Notes: generated from the letters alone by a model not told the origin. Positions 13,800 through 27,878 are shown, counted from the stretch's first letter. The stretch is 64,000 bases of DNA from Octopus vulgaris (GCA_951406725.2 OX597816.1:20398001-20462000), one strand, 5' to 3'. Numbers and translations: made by a program.

Positions 13800-14215
13800 A
13801 TGACCAAATGTTTCAGGGAAATACTGCAAATTATATTTCCTTTGGCTGTCGGGGATTGCTATCATAATTTTGATTTTGACCTTTAGATTCAGTAACAGAT
13901 GTGAAATCATAGTCGTTGCATCCGTATTGGTTTTTCTTTCAATTGATATGGCGCAGGAAAACCTCTTCAGCGTAAATCGCATCGTCGCAGCATGTATTGA
14001 AGGAGCGCTTTCAACCTTTTCCCAATCAAATCTTGCGTTTCTCAGGCGACAGTTTTGATCCCCACTCTCTATTTTTCTATGCATCAAAGACATACTTGAC
14101 GCCAGCAACGCTCGCTCTTAAACAGATGACATGTCCCTTGACTCATTTCAAGTTATTTTTCCTCCCTAGAACATCAGCACTCTTCTTCTTGTATCTTTCC
14201 TGCTGCTGTTGACAT
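13800..14215 (+). pseudogene. Highly decayed CR1-group LINE ORF2 C-terminus
   Basis: Fragments RIVAA.. and THFKLFFLPRTSAL resemble the RRxVA..SFxPRTxxLWNxLP motifs of CR1/Zenon-type ORF2 ends. Confidence 0.4.
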
Positions 14216-14891
14216 GCGACAGTCAAAACACGATATGAACAGCATCAAGCACTTCGACCTGGAAGGGACAGCAAAGTTAATATGCAATGACCCTTTCTCC
14301 CGCCTCAAAATTTGTTTTCTTAATAATTGTACCTCTGCAAAATAACATCATAGCTAGACTAACGACATGGTTTCATACTTAAGTTGGTGTATTTGTTGAC
14401 GTAATCATTAAATAATGACTATTAATTATCAAAGAGGGAGAAATGACAACTTCATTTTCAGAGTTGTTCTCTCCTACGATTGCTCATTCATCGGGATCTT
14501 TGTTTTGTGGACTTTACACAAATTCCAGGAACAAGCACTCCAGGAAACTATAATCTCGAAAAATATGTATTTTTCATTGTTATCTAGAAACTTGTACAAT
14601 CTTTTATTTGTCAAAATAAACCTGGAATTTCCACGAGTACCCTTCTACCTTTTCTTTGTGATTTTTACTTATATCCTTCATTAAACTGTGGCCATGCTGG
14701 GGCACCGCATTGAAAGATTTAGTGTTTTATTTTATTTTTGATTTTTGAGGTTTTTTTAATAAGCTTGGTATCTCATGTACTTCTCCTTTGCTGCTAGAAT
14801 ACAGGAAAGTAAACAAACCAACACCGGCAGTCAAGCGGAATGGGAGAAAAGCACAAAACATGTGTATAAACGCACGCACACACACACATAC

Positions 14892-14947
<56 letters not shown>

Positions 14948-14951
<4 letters not shown>

Positions 14952-15130
14952 TTAACCCAAACATGAAAACAAAAACAGAAAACACAGCAACGCCAGGATA
15001 TGGAAAAGTATAGTGTTATTATACGCTCAGGAAAGAAAAGAAAGAAGGAGGATTGAACGTTTCGAGAGGAGCTCTTCGTAGGAAAATGAAGGATCCAAGG
15101 AAGAGAAGACGGAGAAAAAAATCGCCAACG
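14948..15130 (-). mobile_element. Diverged F-like pLTR fragment next to (CA)n(TA)n
   Basis: Minus strand cctacgaagagctcctctcgaaacgtt (decayed HHR) followed by ttcctgagcgtataataacac, as in family F. Confidence 0.5.
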
Positions 15131-15845
15131 ATACACACGCGGTCATATATTGAATGTATCGTATATATATATACCATCTCGTTCCAATATACCATCTCGA
15201 GTCTACAAAGCCTAACGTGTTCTTCTATTCCAATGGTAAAGTATTTGAGCAAAAATATGTGATTGTTCGTTCTAACTTGTTGCTGTCAAGCGAGAAGATA
15301 TACTGAGTTCTGAGGAGAAAATGAGATCCGTGACAAATTTAGAATTACGACATCAATGAGCGATCACTGAGACACAGTAGGAATAATGGCATCAGAGAAG
15401 TGTGATTATTATAAAATTGGCTGAAATATGTACATGCTGAGCTGTCTTAAGCATGGGCCTCGCTGGTCTAGGAACACAAATCTGATTTGTGTGGGTTGAG
15501 GTTTACAGTCTATAAATAAATATTATAGGGCTCACGCGCATTGGTTTTTCAGGCGGTTTCTAATGCAACTAACATTGCTCTGCATCCCAGCACAAGATCT
15601 GGGGCCAGTAAGTCCATAGCTGCTGCTGTTAAATATCTGTTATTTACTTACTGTTGTCATTGTTGAGTGAGGGTAGTTTAAACATGTTGTTTCAATGCGG
15701 CTCCGAAGTATTGTATACGTCTTTGTGCAGTTTCGTCTTAAAGTATTGTGTCACTGTTACTTTCGGAGATCAGTGTTCCGAAAGCTCAATTCGTATGTAT
15801 TCCGTTGCTCTCTGTCAATGTGTGTGTATACACACACACACATAC

Positions 15846-15902
<57 letters not shown>

Positions 15903-15934
15903 AATGGATGAATGAATTATCCTTTATTTGCCGT

Positions 15935-16211
15935 TTACCGATAACATGGAAAATTCAATAAACAGTTACCAGGGTAGCAAAATTCACGCAAGTAACACGG
16001 ATGAAGGTTCCTATTCAAAGGTAGAAACTCCGGGTTAATGTGCAGTAATTTGTGTAGTATAAGTAAATAAATGGAGGTGAACGCAGATGTTATTAAAATT
16101 CTTTTACTTTTGACATATGTTTGGAATAAAACCAACGTTGTCTTCGAAACATATGTCGAAAGTAAAAGAATTTTAATAACATCTGCGTTCAACTCCATTT
16201 ATTTGCTTATA
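15935..16211. mobile_element. Fold-back pLTR-like fragment with the 3' half of an HHR
   Basis: Arms ~16059-16124 and ~16145-16211 are inverted; GAAAC-atat-GTC at 16146-16157. Confidence 0.6.
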
Positions 16212-16239
16212 TATATTAATATATATATTCTAGCAAAAA

Positions 16240-16277
16240 CTGTCTGATGAACGGCAACGAGAAACTCAGAGTAACAG
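16240..16277 (+). ncRNA. Minimal type I hammerhead ribozyme (family E)
   Basis: ctgt CTGATGA a-cg-gcaa-cg-a GAAA ctc-a-gag TA acag; identical to 38364-38401. Confidence 0.75.
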
Positions 16278-16301
16278 ATTTTGTTGAATTTTCTGCTGCT
16301 T

Positions 16302-16369
<68 letters not shown>

Positions 16370-16453
16370 TGTATGTACGTATGTATATATTTATATATAT
16401 ATATATATATATATCTTAACTATAATTATATATTATTTTGTAATTATAATAAC

Positions 16454-16490
<37 letters not shown>

Positions 16491-16655
16491 TAAGCTCCAA
16501 TTAAAGCGACTATTCTAAACAAATTCACTGAAAAAAGATGGGCCAAACAACTGGGAATAAATCTTGTATTCAATTCCCAGTGGTTCAGCACATCTTTTTT
16601 CAGTCAATTTGTTTAGATTAGTCGCTTTAATTGGAGCATATATTATATTATTATT

Positions 16656-16706
<51 letters not shown>

Positions 16707-17027
16707 CAATTATTATTATTATTAAAAAAATAATATATAATTACACTTATTGTAAAAAGACCTATACGGTCGCTTTTCTCCGAAATTTAACAACCCTTAG
16801 GTTTCTTTACAAATTGATGAATATATATATATATATCTTAGAGGGCTCAATGCACTGATTTCCCCCCGCGGGGTGGGGGGGTTCTAATGTTACTCACACG
16901 CCCTTGGTGGAAGATTTATTGGTCAGTGTAGGAGAAAATGTGGTTCAGAAAGGAGGAAACAAACTATACGAAGATCGTGAAATTTTGTCGATGAATTGTG
17001 AAGTAATGGTGTGTCAGTAATTTGAAT

Positions 17028-17145
17028 ATGACGTAGTGGTTAAGAGTGCGGTCTACTAACCCTAAGATTCCGAGTTCGATTTCAAGCAATGACCTGGATA
17101 ATAACAATAAAAAAAAATAATAATAATAATAATAATAAATATAAC

Positions 17146-17183
<38 letters not shown>

Positions 17184-17361
17184 CAACAACAACATCGAAA
17201 AATACCTTAGGAATGAGAACCCAGGTTCGAAATTTCCCCAAGACACCTGATGAAGGCTGGAGGGTATATCAGCTGAAACGTTGTGTTAACAACAAACAAG
17301 ATGAGAACAAATATAGTCGAATGTAAATAATGTACATAATTCCTCGTCTTAAAAATAGAAC
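17028..17361 (+). mobile_element. Family D: tRNA-like head + (AAT)n + HHR-bearing tail
   Basis: gacgtagtggttaagagtgcg (A-box-like), gagttcgatttc (B-box-like), then AAT/AAC repeat and HHR; homologous to 38940-39175 and 36408-36540. Confidence 0.75.
17242..17287 (+). ncRNA. Minimal type I hammerhead ribozyme (family D)
   Basis: gacac CTGATGA a-ggctg-gagggtatat-cagct GAAA cg TT gtgtt; palindromic ACGT stem III as in dimeric Penelope HHRs. Confidence 0.7.
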
Positions 17362-17424
17362 AGTGTTCAAGTTGCATATTATCAAAGAAGATAACCTGGT
17401 AATATGTCGTGTGTAAAAGGTAAG

Positions 17425-17812
17425 ACGCTGGCAGAATTGTTAGCACGGCCGGGCGAAATGCTTAGCGGTATTTCGTCTGCCGTTACATCATGAATTCAAA
17501 TTCCGCCGAGGTTGACTTTGCTTTCATCCTTTCGGGGTCGATTAAATAAGTACCAGTTACGCACTGGGGTTGATATAATCGACTTAATCCGTTTGTCTGT
17601 CCTTGTTTGTTCCCTCTGTGTTTAGCTCCTTCTGGGTAGTAAACAAATCGGTATTTCGTCCGACTTTACGTTCTGAGTTTAAATTTCACGATATCAACTT
17701 TGCTTTTCACGTTTTAGGGATCAATAAAATAAGTACCAGTTGAGCTGTGAGGTAGAGGTAATCGACACAACTCCTATCCCGAAATTAGAGGCCTTGTGCC
17801 AAAATTTGAAAT
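17425..17812 (+). mobile_element. SINE family C dimer
   Basis: Unit with tail 1 followed by a diverged unit with tail 2. Confidence 0.8.
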
Positions 17813-17894
17813 CAAAATTTCTGTGTGCAGGGAAATTTTCTAGATAGCAGTCTGCTTGAAAAATAAAACATATCCTTCTCAACTAACATTTACG

Positions 17895-18120
17895 TATTTC
17901 TTTACTACCCACAAGGGTCTAAACATACAGTGGACAAACAAGGACAGACAAACGGATTAAGTCGATTATATCGACCCCAGTGCGTAACTGGTACTTAATT
18001 TATCGACCCGATGAAAGGCAAAGTCGACCTCGGCGGAATTTGAACTCAGAACGCAGCGGCAGACGAAATACCGCTGAGTATTTTGCCCGGCGGGCTAACG
18101 ATTCTGCCAGCTCGCCGCCT
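17895..18120 (-). mobile_element. SINE family C with target-site duplication
   Basis: Flanked by ttctcaactaacatt on both sides. Confidence 0.85.
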
Positions 18121-18643
18121 TTCTCAACTAACATTCTACCATCAGAAAGGACAGATGCGAGATGGCTCGGGGCTAAATGTGTAGGTAGTGATATTTACCT
18201 CATAGTCAGAGCTACTTCATGCAAGCGACAACGACACAGACACTTCAGGTTCATTAAATCCCCACCATACCATAACGAATTACTCCAGCCGATGTACGGC
18301 TATGAATGATCATGTATGGTTATTGCGATTTCAGACAAATAGTAAAGAAGCGGGGGACGAAGAAGTTAAAACAGAAGTAAACAAGAAATAAAATAAGAAT
18401 AGAAAGCAAGGACAGACATAAGTAAATTGAGTCAATCATTTTCTGTCCAGTTAGCCACTTCGTGTGTCTATTGATCTCAAACATATAACTTTGCTATATT
18501 TGCCATTGTTGTCACACACAGCTTTGGAAGTTAATCTCAGAAGAATTGCTATTAAATCAGAATGTGCTTTCATCTAACTTCTATATTTCTATTCTGTCTG
18601 CGATAGTTTGTGGAAAGATAGAATTACTTTATACAGTAGTTTC

Positions 18644-18863
<220 letters not shown>

Positions 18864-19494
18864 CAATTTGGCCTTAAGCATACAAGGAGAAAACATGGCA
18901 ATGTAATAATGGAGACAAATGGTGACAAGTGAAGTTCTGAAGGATTTAATAGTTAGTAAGGGATTAGCCTGGAGAGGAACAGAAGAAATAGGAACCAGTG
19001 GCGAATAATTGTGATGCTGGTGGTTATTGTTTTGTTTTTTGTTTTGTTTTTTTTTCTTTTATGTGGGATATCTGAAAATGTTTTCAAGAAAACGTAACGA
19101 GATTTTGGATATCTCAAATTCAGTTTGTTGATGAGGAAACATTTGAAATAACATGGCATATTTGTCGATGTTCCAAACTGAATTATTTTAGTGAAGGTAA
19201 AAAAAAACATTATAAAAACTATCTGTACCAATCTATGTATATTTTCAGGTCTCTGTACGTGTGGCAATATACCACACATGCCCGTGTCAACAGGGTACCA
19301 CATAACTTGCCGAAAAAATCACCTTCGTTATACTATTACTGAAATAGCAAGGTATATCAGTATGAGGTATTTAACAGACTAAGATATTTACTTCGTGTCT
19401 AAGCGTATAACTCAATTAGTATTGCTTCCATGGTCACTTACTTCAGAGGCATACAATGGGTTATGGGACTTTATAGATAGGATATAATATTCTC

Positions 19495-19944
19495 CCTTTT
19501 TACATTTATTTGTTTCAGTAATTTGACTGTGGCCATGCTGGAGCACCGCCTTTAGTCAAGCAAATCGACCCCAGGACTTATTCTTTGTAAGCCTAGTACT
19601 TATTCTATCGGTTGCTTTTGCGGAACCGCTAAGTTACGGGAACTTAAACACACCAGCATCGGTTGCTTTTGCGAAACCGCTAAGTTACGGGAACTTAAAC
19701 ACACCAGCATCGGTTGTCAAGCGATGCTGGAGGGACAAACACAGAAACACAAACACACACATATATTTATAGATATATACGACAGGCTTCTTTCAGTTTC
19801 CGCCTATCAAATCCACTCACAAGGCTTTGGTCGGCCCGAGGCTATAGTAGAAGACACTTGACCAAGGTTCCACGCAGTGGGACTGAACCCGGAACAATCT
19901 TGTTGGTAAGCAAGCTACTTACCCCACCCCCACTCCTACGCCTA
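19495..19944 (-). mobile_element. SINE family B with internal ~51-bp tandem duplication
   Basis: tcggttgcttttgcg(g/a)aaccgctaagttacgggaacttaaacacaccagca occurs twice. Confidence 0.85.
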
Positions 19945-20169
19945 TAATGTGTTGGATGAACAACGTTTCCAAACAAGAACAGGTTAAGTGCAAATGAGAA
20001 TATGTGAGTGTACATGTATAGTATTTGGTAATGTAAGCCAAAGGAAAGGACACTGTCATTGGTTGGCTCGGTAGGTAGAATGCAAAATAAATAGAGATCA
20101 TGGATCGCATAAGTTGTTTGGTAAAATCAGAGAATACCGTGCTCAACCAATGAAACAAAGACATTTTCA

Positions 20170-20333
20170 AATGATTATTCCTGAGCATATTCACCATCTA
20201 CTTCAATTACTGTTTTCCAGTTGCTTGGCAGACGGTGAGACCGTCCTTTAATGATTTTTTGTTATATATTGTTATTGTTTTTGTTGAATATAATTTGATG
20301 CAAAAAAGCCGCAATAATTATGCTCCAATCAAA
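20170..20333 (-). mobile_element. mariner-derived MITE fragment
   Basis: Shares the terminus aaaagccgcaataattatgctccaatcaaata with 55048-55255; minus strand encodes RLPSNWKTVIEVDGEY, like a mariner transposase C-terminus. Confidence 0.7.
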
Positions 20334-20354
20334 TAATATCAAATTTTAAAATAT

Positions 20355-20710
20355 ATTCCTTTATTTTTTATTTGTTTTAGACATTGGATTACGGCCATGT
20401 TGTGGCACAACTTTGAAGAGTTTAGTAGAACAAGTTTCTTATATAGTCTGGTATTTATTCTATGGGTCTCTTTGGCCGTGCCATAAAGTAAAGAGGCCGT
20501 ATACAAACCAACACCGCTTCTCAAATAGCGAGAAGATAAAGAGAAAGGCATATACACGCAAACTTCTACAAAGTTTCCATTTGAGAAATCCACTCACTAG
20601 GCATTAGTTGACCCGGAGCCAGAGCAAGAATCACTTGCCCCACAGTGTGACTGAACCCAAAATCACGTGGTTGCATAGCATGCTGTTTATGCCTTGCTTC
20701 AATGCCTGCG
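20355..20710 (-). mobile_element. SINE family B, diverged
   Basis: aaatccactcac, cacttgccc and gactgaaccc motifs in B order. Confidence 0.65.
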
Positions 20711-20754
20711 TGTGTTTCTTCAAGTTTGTTAATAATTACATATTTCCTTCATAT

Positions 20755-20984
20755 GCGGCGTGCTGGCAGAAACGTTAGCGCGCCGGGCGAAATGCTTTGC
20801 GATAGTTCGTCTGCCTTTACGTTCTGAGTTCAAATTCCGCCGAGGTCGACTTTGCCTTTCATCCTATCGGGGTCGATAAATTAAGTACCAGTTACGCACT
20901 GGGGTATATGTAGTCGACTTAATCCGTTTGTCTGTCCTTGCTTGTCCCCTCTGTGTTTAACCCCTTGTGGGCAATAAAGAAATA
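20755..20984 (+). mobile_element. SINE family C
   Basis: Consensus head and tail 1. Confidence 0.85.
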
Positions 20985-21239
20985 TATATTGTTTCTTCAT
21001 TTCAGCTAACAGAGAATAAATTCTCCGAATCTACTCAGCAAAGCCAATAATGCATTGAAACATTGTAAGGTTTAATTATATTCATGTACATACAGATTTC
21101 CCGTTCTTTCTGCATCGACTTCGCTTTTCATCGGTCAGTGCTCAATAAAATCAATACATGTGAAGTACTAGAGCCGATGTAATAAAATGTTCTCTTAATT
21201 CAAAATGTCTGGCCTTTGTTCACCCCTTGAAACAGATCT

Positions 21240-21480
21240 TTTAGCTTTTACTTGTTCCGATCATTGGATTGCAGCCAAGCTTGGACACCGTCTTGAAGGA
21301 TTTAGCAGTAGAAATCGACTCTAGTAAATATTCAGGACTTATTTTTTGTTTTAATTCTTGTACTTATTGTATCGCACGCTTTTGCCGAATCGCTAGGGTT
21401 ACAAGGATGTTAACAAGCCAACTACTTTTGTCATGCAGTGATGGGGATAAATTCATACATACATACATACACACATACGC

Positions 21481-21511
<31 letters not shown>

Positions 21512-21700
21512 TACACACATAAACACTGACACACATGCACCCCCACACACGCGCACACATACACATGTGTATATATACATACGACGGGCTTCCTCACAAT
21601 TTTCGTCTACCAAGTTCACTCACAGGGCATTGACTGACAAGGAGCTATAGCAGAGGTAATTTGCTGAAGATGCCGAATAATGGGACTGAAACCGTAACCG
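21240..21700 (-). mobile_element. SINE family B, diverged
   Basis: Tail cttttacttgttcc, internal CA tract, acgacgggcttc, gggactgaaacc. Confidence 0.65.
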
Positions 21701-21721
21701 CGTGTGTTTTCGCATTACGCC

Positions 21722-22268
21722 AGCGAGCTAGCAGAACTGTCGGCGCGTCGAAGAAAATGCTTAACAGGGTTTTTTCCAGCTCTATGCCTTTTGAGTCCAA
21801 ATTCCATCAAGATCGACTTTACCATTCACTCTTTCGTGTTCTGTAAATATAAAATACCAGTTGAACCCTGGGATTCCCGTGATCAACTGTCACCCCCACC
21901 CCCCACAAAATTGCTGGTACACGCCAGAATTATGAAGAATATTATGTTTCTTCATTAAAGAATAACAAGGAACAGATTACATATATATAATCTGTTCTCC
22001 GAATATGACAATATCTTGTAAGGCTCATCCTTTCAGGGTCGATGAATTAAGTACCAGTAACATACTGAGGTCGATCTAATTGACTGCCCTCCCTCCCTCA
22101 AAATTTTGGGCCTTGTGCCTAGAGTAGAAAAGAATATCTTGTAAGGCTTAAGGCGGCGAGCTGGCAGAAGCGTTAGCACGCCGGGCGATATGCTTAGCGA
22201 ATTATCGTCTGTCTTACGTTCTGAGTTCAAATTCCGCCGAAGTCGACTTCGCCTTTCATCATTTCGGG
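21722..22268 (+). mobile_element. Cluster of SINE C copies and fragments
   Basis: Old copy at 21722-21942; tail-2 fragment at 22026-22135 flanked by aatatcttgtaaggct; head fragment at 22149-22268. Confidence 0.7.
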
Positions 22269-22499
22269 AGTTTTGTCAGTGAACAGGTCGCGGTTTCAAA
22301 ACGACGATAATATTTTGACAAGTTAATGTTTAATGATGAAATGAATCTAACGCTTTTTTTGCGTTTATAAATGGCTTATAAACACCTTCCACGTTGCAAT
22401 TGTTTTTTGGGTTTTTTTGCAGCACATGATCTTAGGCCAAGTCATTTGCTATGCAAGTACATCTCCGTTCTATATATATATATATACATATATATATTT

Positions 22500-22656
22500 G
22501 TTTCTCTCCTTGTTTTTTTCTGTGTATCTTTCTGTAGAAGAGCGTAGGCTCGAAACGTAAAAGACTTTTTCTATTCCTGAGCGCTATAATAATACATCTG
22601 TTTGTTTGTGATCCACCTGCCTTCGTCTTTTGTTTATCTTCGTAAACTTACCCTTT
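22500..22656 (+). mobile_element. Family F pLTR fragment with variant-core HHR
   Basis: tcttt CTGTAGA a-gagc-gtag-gctc GAAA cg TA aaaga at 22527-22564; lies between (TA)n tracts. Confidence 0.65.
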
Positions 22657-22905
<249 letters not shown>

Positions 22906-23110
22906 TAGTTGAAATTTATGGAAAGATAAAAGACAAAGACAAGTGTAGGAACAACAAGCAGGTCTATTAGTTTGATGCTCGGCAAAGTGCGAAAGTTTTT
23001 TTACGTTTCGAGCCTACGCTGTTGAACAGAAAGCAATAAATGAAAATAAACAGAAAGAGGATAAAAACAACTCTTGTGGATTTAGTGATCAAGCATGGCG
23101 ACTGGTTGGG
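22906..23110 (-). mobile_element. Family F pLTR fragment, tail-to-tail with 22500-22656
   Basis: Minus strand ctttctgttcaacagcgtaggctcgaaacgtaaaa. Confidence 0.6.
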
Positions 23111-23591
23111 GTGGAGAAATAGTGAAATCTGACATTGAAAAGTGAACATTAAGAAAAAAAAACAAATAACAAAACAGCTAAAGGATATACATATGGAATG
23201 TATTAGACTGAAGATCAGGAAATATAGAAAAAGTGATTTTTTTTTTTACGTTTGGAGCATAGCTCTTCGTCAGAAAGAAGGGAAAGGTAAGTTTCGGAGA
23301 AGGAAATTGTACGTGTGCGTATATTTACATATATATATACACACACATATATATGTGTGTGTGTGTGTGTGTGTTTTCTTGTGTTTGTGTTTGTCCACCC
23401 CCACCACTTGACGTTTGGTGCAGGTTTGTTTACGTCCCATGTCTCGTAACTTAGCGGTTTGGCAAAAGAGAGAAAGTTGCAGAAACTTAAAAAGAGAAAT
23501 AAGCACTAGGGCCCGACAGGTTTATCAAATTTGGAATATTCTTAAATGTGGGCCTGCTGGATTAGGACTGACCTGGCGCAATACATTAAAA

Positions 23592-24013
23592 ACCACCCCG
23601 ACCATCACTACCACCACCACCAACAACAACAACAACACTATCATCACCAACACAGCTACCACTGCTACCAACACAATCACCGTAACAACTAATACAAAAT
23701 ATCGACAGCAACGGCAGCAAGAACTACTACTACTACAACTACTACTACTACTACTACTACTACAGCTGTTGCTGCTGCTACTACTACTACTACAGCTGCT
23801 GCTGTTACTACTACTACTACTACAACTGCTAATAATAATAAGCATACCATCACCACCACCACCATTACCACCACCACCATCACCACTACTACTACTACTA
23901 CTACTACTGAAGAAGAATACCACCACTACCACCACCACCACTACTACCACCACCATTACTACTACCGCCGCTACTGCTGCTACTACTGCTAATAATAATA
24001 AGAATACCACCAT

Positions 24014-24052
<39 letters not shown>

Positions 24053-24057
24053 AACTA

Positions 24058-24091
<34 letters not shown>

Positions 24092-24112
24092 CGCTACCAC
24101 TGCTTCTGCTAT
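23592..24112. repeat. Compound trinucleotide repeat (ACT/ACC/AAC/GCT)
   Basis: Direct observation; source of the poly-T/L/V ORFs. Confidence 0.9.
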
Positions 24113-24745
24113 TACATGATTAACTGTCTTCTTTTTTTCCTTGTATCTGAATAATCTCTATGTATCACAATAAAAAGTGAAAAGTTCGTGCTTTTGACTG
24201 CAGATCGATTAGTTTATGATCTTCGACTAAAACTGACAAGCCGATCATTTTTATACATGCATATTTGATATATTTGGCTAGTTTCATACGTGTGACACCT
24301 CTCACTTGTCATGTTATCTTGATGCTCTGAAACTAAACAACACATTTATTGTCTTCTTTTGGTTTCTTTTTTTTTTTTTTTTTTTGTAATATGTATAGTT
24401 TTTGTATTACTATAACATATAAGACCAATGAAGCTGTGAAAAAATGATAAAAAAAAAATATGCGTAAAGAATGTTTTAAAAAATTCAGCGCACATTATTG
24501 CTAGTAATAGATATTGCACAATAAAAGCTAAACGCAAAAACAAAAGCGACGAGGAAAAAAAAAAACTCAGTAATTGCTTCAAGGGTTGAAATAAGGCCAG
24601 ACATTGTGAATTAGGAGAACATTTTATGACACTGGCTCTCACATGTATCGATTTTATAAAGCACTGAACGATGAAAAGGCAAGTTGATATAGAGTGGACA
24701 GAAATTAAGGACGAACAAGAATATGACTAACTAAGCCTTACAAAG

Positions 24746-25682
24746 TATTCTTTTTTACTCTAGGCACAAGTCCGAAAGGTTTTGGGGAGGGTGGTCAGTC
24801 AATCACATCGACCCCAGTACGCAACTGGTACTTAATTTAACGACCCCCGAAAGGATGAAAGGCAAAGTCGACTTCGGCGGAATTTTTTACTCAGAACGTA
24901 AAGACAAATGAAATATCGCTAAGCATTTTGCCCGACGTGCAAACGTTTCTGCCAGCTCACCGCCTTAAGCCTTACAAAATATTCTTTTCTACTCTAGGCA
25001 AAAGGCCTGAAACTTTTTATTGAGTGAGGGAAGTAGGCAGTCGATTAGATTGACTCCAGTGCGCAACTGGTACTTAATTTATCGACCCTGAAATATTTAT
25101 ATATACATATACTCTTTTACTCTTTTACTTGTCTCAGTCATTTGACTGTGGCCATGCTGGAGCACCGCCTTTAGTCGAGCAAATCGACCCCAGGCTTCTT
25201 TTGAAGCCTAGTACTTATTCTATCGGTCTCTTTTTCCGAACAGCTAAGTTACGGGGACGTAAACACACAAGCATCGGTTGTCAAGCGATGTTGGAGGGAC
25301 AAACACAGACACACAAACATATACACACGCACATACATATATATATACATATATTCGACGGGCTTCCTTCAGTTTCCGTCTAATAATCCACCTACAAGGC
25401 ATGAAAGGCAAAGTTGACCACGGCGGAATTTGAACTCAGAACGTAATGACAGACGAAATACCTATTTCTTTATTACCCGCAAGGGGCTAAACACAGAGGG
25501 GACAAGCAAGGACAGACATAGGTATTAAGTCGATTACATCGACCCCATGGCGTAACTGGTACTTAATTCATCGACCCCAAAAGGATGAAAGGCAAAGTCG
25601 ACCTCGGCGGAATTTGAACTCACAACGTAACGCAGACGAAATACCGCTAATCATTTCGCCCGGCGTGCTAGCGTTTCTGCCA
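24746..25682 (-). mobile_element. Nested SINE cluster: C copies interrupted by a 5'-truncated B copy (25110-25400)
   Basis: C at 24746-24965 flanked by taagccttacaaa(g/a)tattctt; a second C dimer runs from 24980 to 25682 and is split by B. Confidence 0.75.
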
Positions 25683-26115
25683 TCATCATCATTATAACAA
25701 CCACCACCCCATCATCACCACTACCACTGCCCTCATTACATTATCACTACGATTACTACCACCATCCGCATCATCATCGCTAACATCATTATCACAACCA
25801 CCACTACGCCATTATCATCATCAACATCGTCGCTACCACCGATACTACTACTACTACCACCCACACCACCTCCACCACCCACCGCCGCCAACATCGTCAT
25901 CATCAACATTAATTTTTCGATATGTCTTTCATACATTTTGGCACGGGTTAGATGCCACTGACTCAATGTCGTATCGCTAAATCTAATTGGCAATTCTCCT
26001 TTAAATCACAAGAATTTTAAAAAACGCTGAAGACACATTGGATAACAAAAGCCAGTGGGGTTCAGACAAGGTTGTCCATTTAAAATACTTCTTTCACAAC
26101 CATCTTACACAACGT

Positions 26116-26297
26116 AGGCGTAGGAGTGGCTGTGTGGTAAGTAGCTTGCCTGTCAACCACATGGTTCCGGGTTCAGTCCCACTACGTGGCACCTTGGGCA
26201 ACTGTCTTCTACTATAGCCTCGAGCTGACCAAAGCCTAGTGAGTGGATTTGGGAGATGGAAACTGAAAGAAGCCCGTTGTATATATGTATATATATG

Positions 26298-26328
<31 letters not shown>

Positions 26329-26553
26329 ATATGTTTGTGTGTCTGTGTTTGTCCCCCCAACATCGCTTGACAACCGATGCTGGTGTGTTTACGTCATTGT
26401 AACTTAGCGGTTCGGCAAAAGAGACCGATAGAATAAGTACTAGGCTTACAAAGAATAAGTCCTGGCGTCGATCTGCTCGACTAAAGGTGGTGCTCCAGCA
26501 TGACCACAGTTAAATGAGTGAAACAAGTAAAAGACTAAAAGAGTAAAAAGAGT
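26116..26553 (+). mobile_element. SINE family B, full length (reference copy)
   Basis: aggcgtaggagtggctgtgtggtaag head, gggttcagtccc B-box-like, ccttgggcaa motif, internal (TA)(TG) tract, tail ending (taaaagag)n. Confidence 0.9.
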
Positions 26554-27049
26554 AACGTTCTAATTTACTGCGCGATTTTCTCCGCAAGCAAATGTCTTCT
26601 AACATATCTTATTGGGATAAATACTTAACGAACTTCTTTAAACAGGAAAATGGCTGAATCTTTTTCTATGTCGAGAACAAAGTACATAAATCGGCGAAAA
26701 AAATCCGGATAAACTAAAGCGTTTAAACCAAAATGTTCTGCTTGTATTGCACAAACACTATTTAGTTACTCTCATCTTTGGAAATTCATTATCGCATTAG
26801 AAACTTATATTCTACGGTACCAGTGCATGATATATGTAAATAAGTATTTCCTTTCTGAACCACTTCCTCTCATAGCATCTATTAGTTTTCCCCACTTTTA
26901 AATAATGTGGTTCTCTAACTTAAGGTGAAAGTTGTGTCGTTGTTCCTGTGGGTATAGGTGATACATAATCGGTGAAAGCATTTGAAAGTGCTTAGTTGTG
27001 AGTGTTTAGGTATTATATAAATTTTCAAGTAGTAGATGGCGAGATTCCT

Positions 27050-27620
27050 CTCTATTTTTGAAGATGATGAGAAACTGTGCAGGAAAGATCAGAGAGGTTG
27101 TGCGTTATATAATTTGGAAGTTGTATATGATCATGAGAGGAGTGATATGTGGGAGGAAGAGATGATGGTGCTTTTCGTAGGACCCTGCAAATGATAAAAA
27201 CAAAACGTATCGAATTGTGGATGAAATCAGTTACAGCAACAGCCACCTAAGAGCTAAGAGAGAGAGAGTGGGATTCATCTTATGCAAGGCTGTTATCACT
27301 TTAAAAAAGCGTAGCACTGGCATCGTTTGATGTTTAACATCTGTAATGTAGTGCCATATTATGATTGGTAATAGCGGAAAAATTGCATGATGAAATGAAG
27401 GTATGTGCGAGCATCTGTGGCAAGCTCTCTGATCAACTACTGCAAGATGCATCTATATTTCCCATTTCTAGAATATTTGAAAGGCCACACCATTGCTGCT
27501 CTCGCTTAAGAAAACATCGAGCTATATTACTATTCGAAATCGGGTTGCTGGCATCATCTATGGATGGCATGGATGGATGGATATCATACAAGACCCTGCA
27601 GTATCTATTACGAGTGTATC
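27050..27620 (-). pseudogene. Possible very old LINE ORF2 remnant
   Basis: Weak motif echoes (SIDD..LSNILEMG; HIQLPNYIT) with frameshifts. Confidence 0.3.
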
Positions 27621-27751
27621 TCAAGTATTTTTATCATTAGGTTAAAAATAACTATTGAAACAAATGAATACATACACATTCATAAAAAGCAACTTTACAC
27701 ACTTATACATATGCGCACGTTTATTTGTGTGTTTTTTATGCACACATACAC

Positions 27752-27878
<127 letters not shown>

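Noticed and set aside
23415-24119. 234-aa Thr/Leu-rich mucin-like ORF, and the poly-Ile/Pro ORFs at 47270-48888
   Set aside because: Trinucleotide repeats open in several frames and on both strands; no unique domain or splice context.
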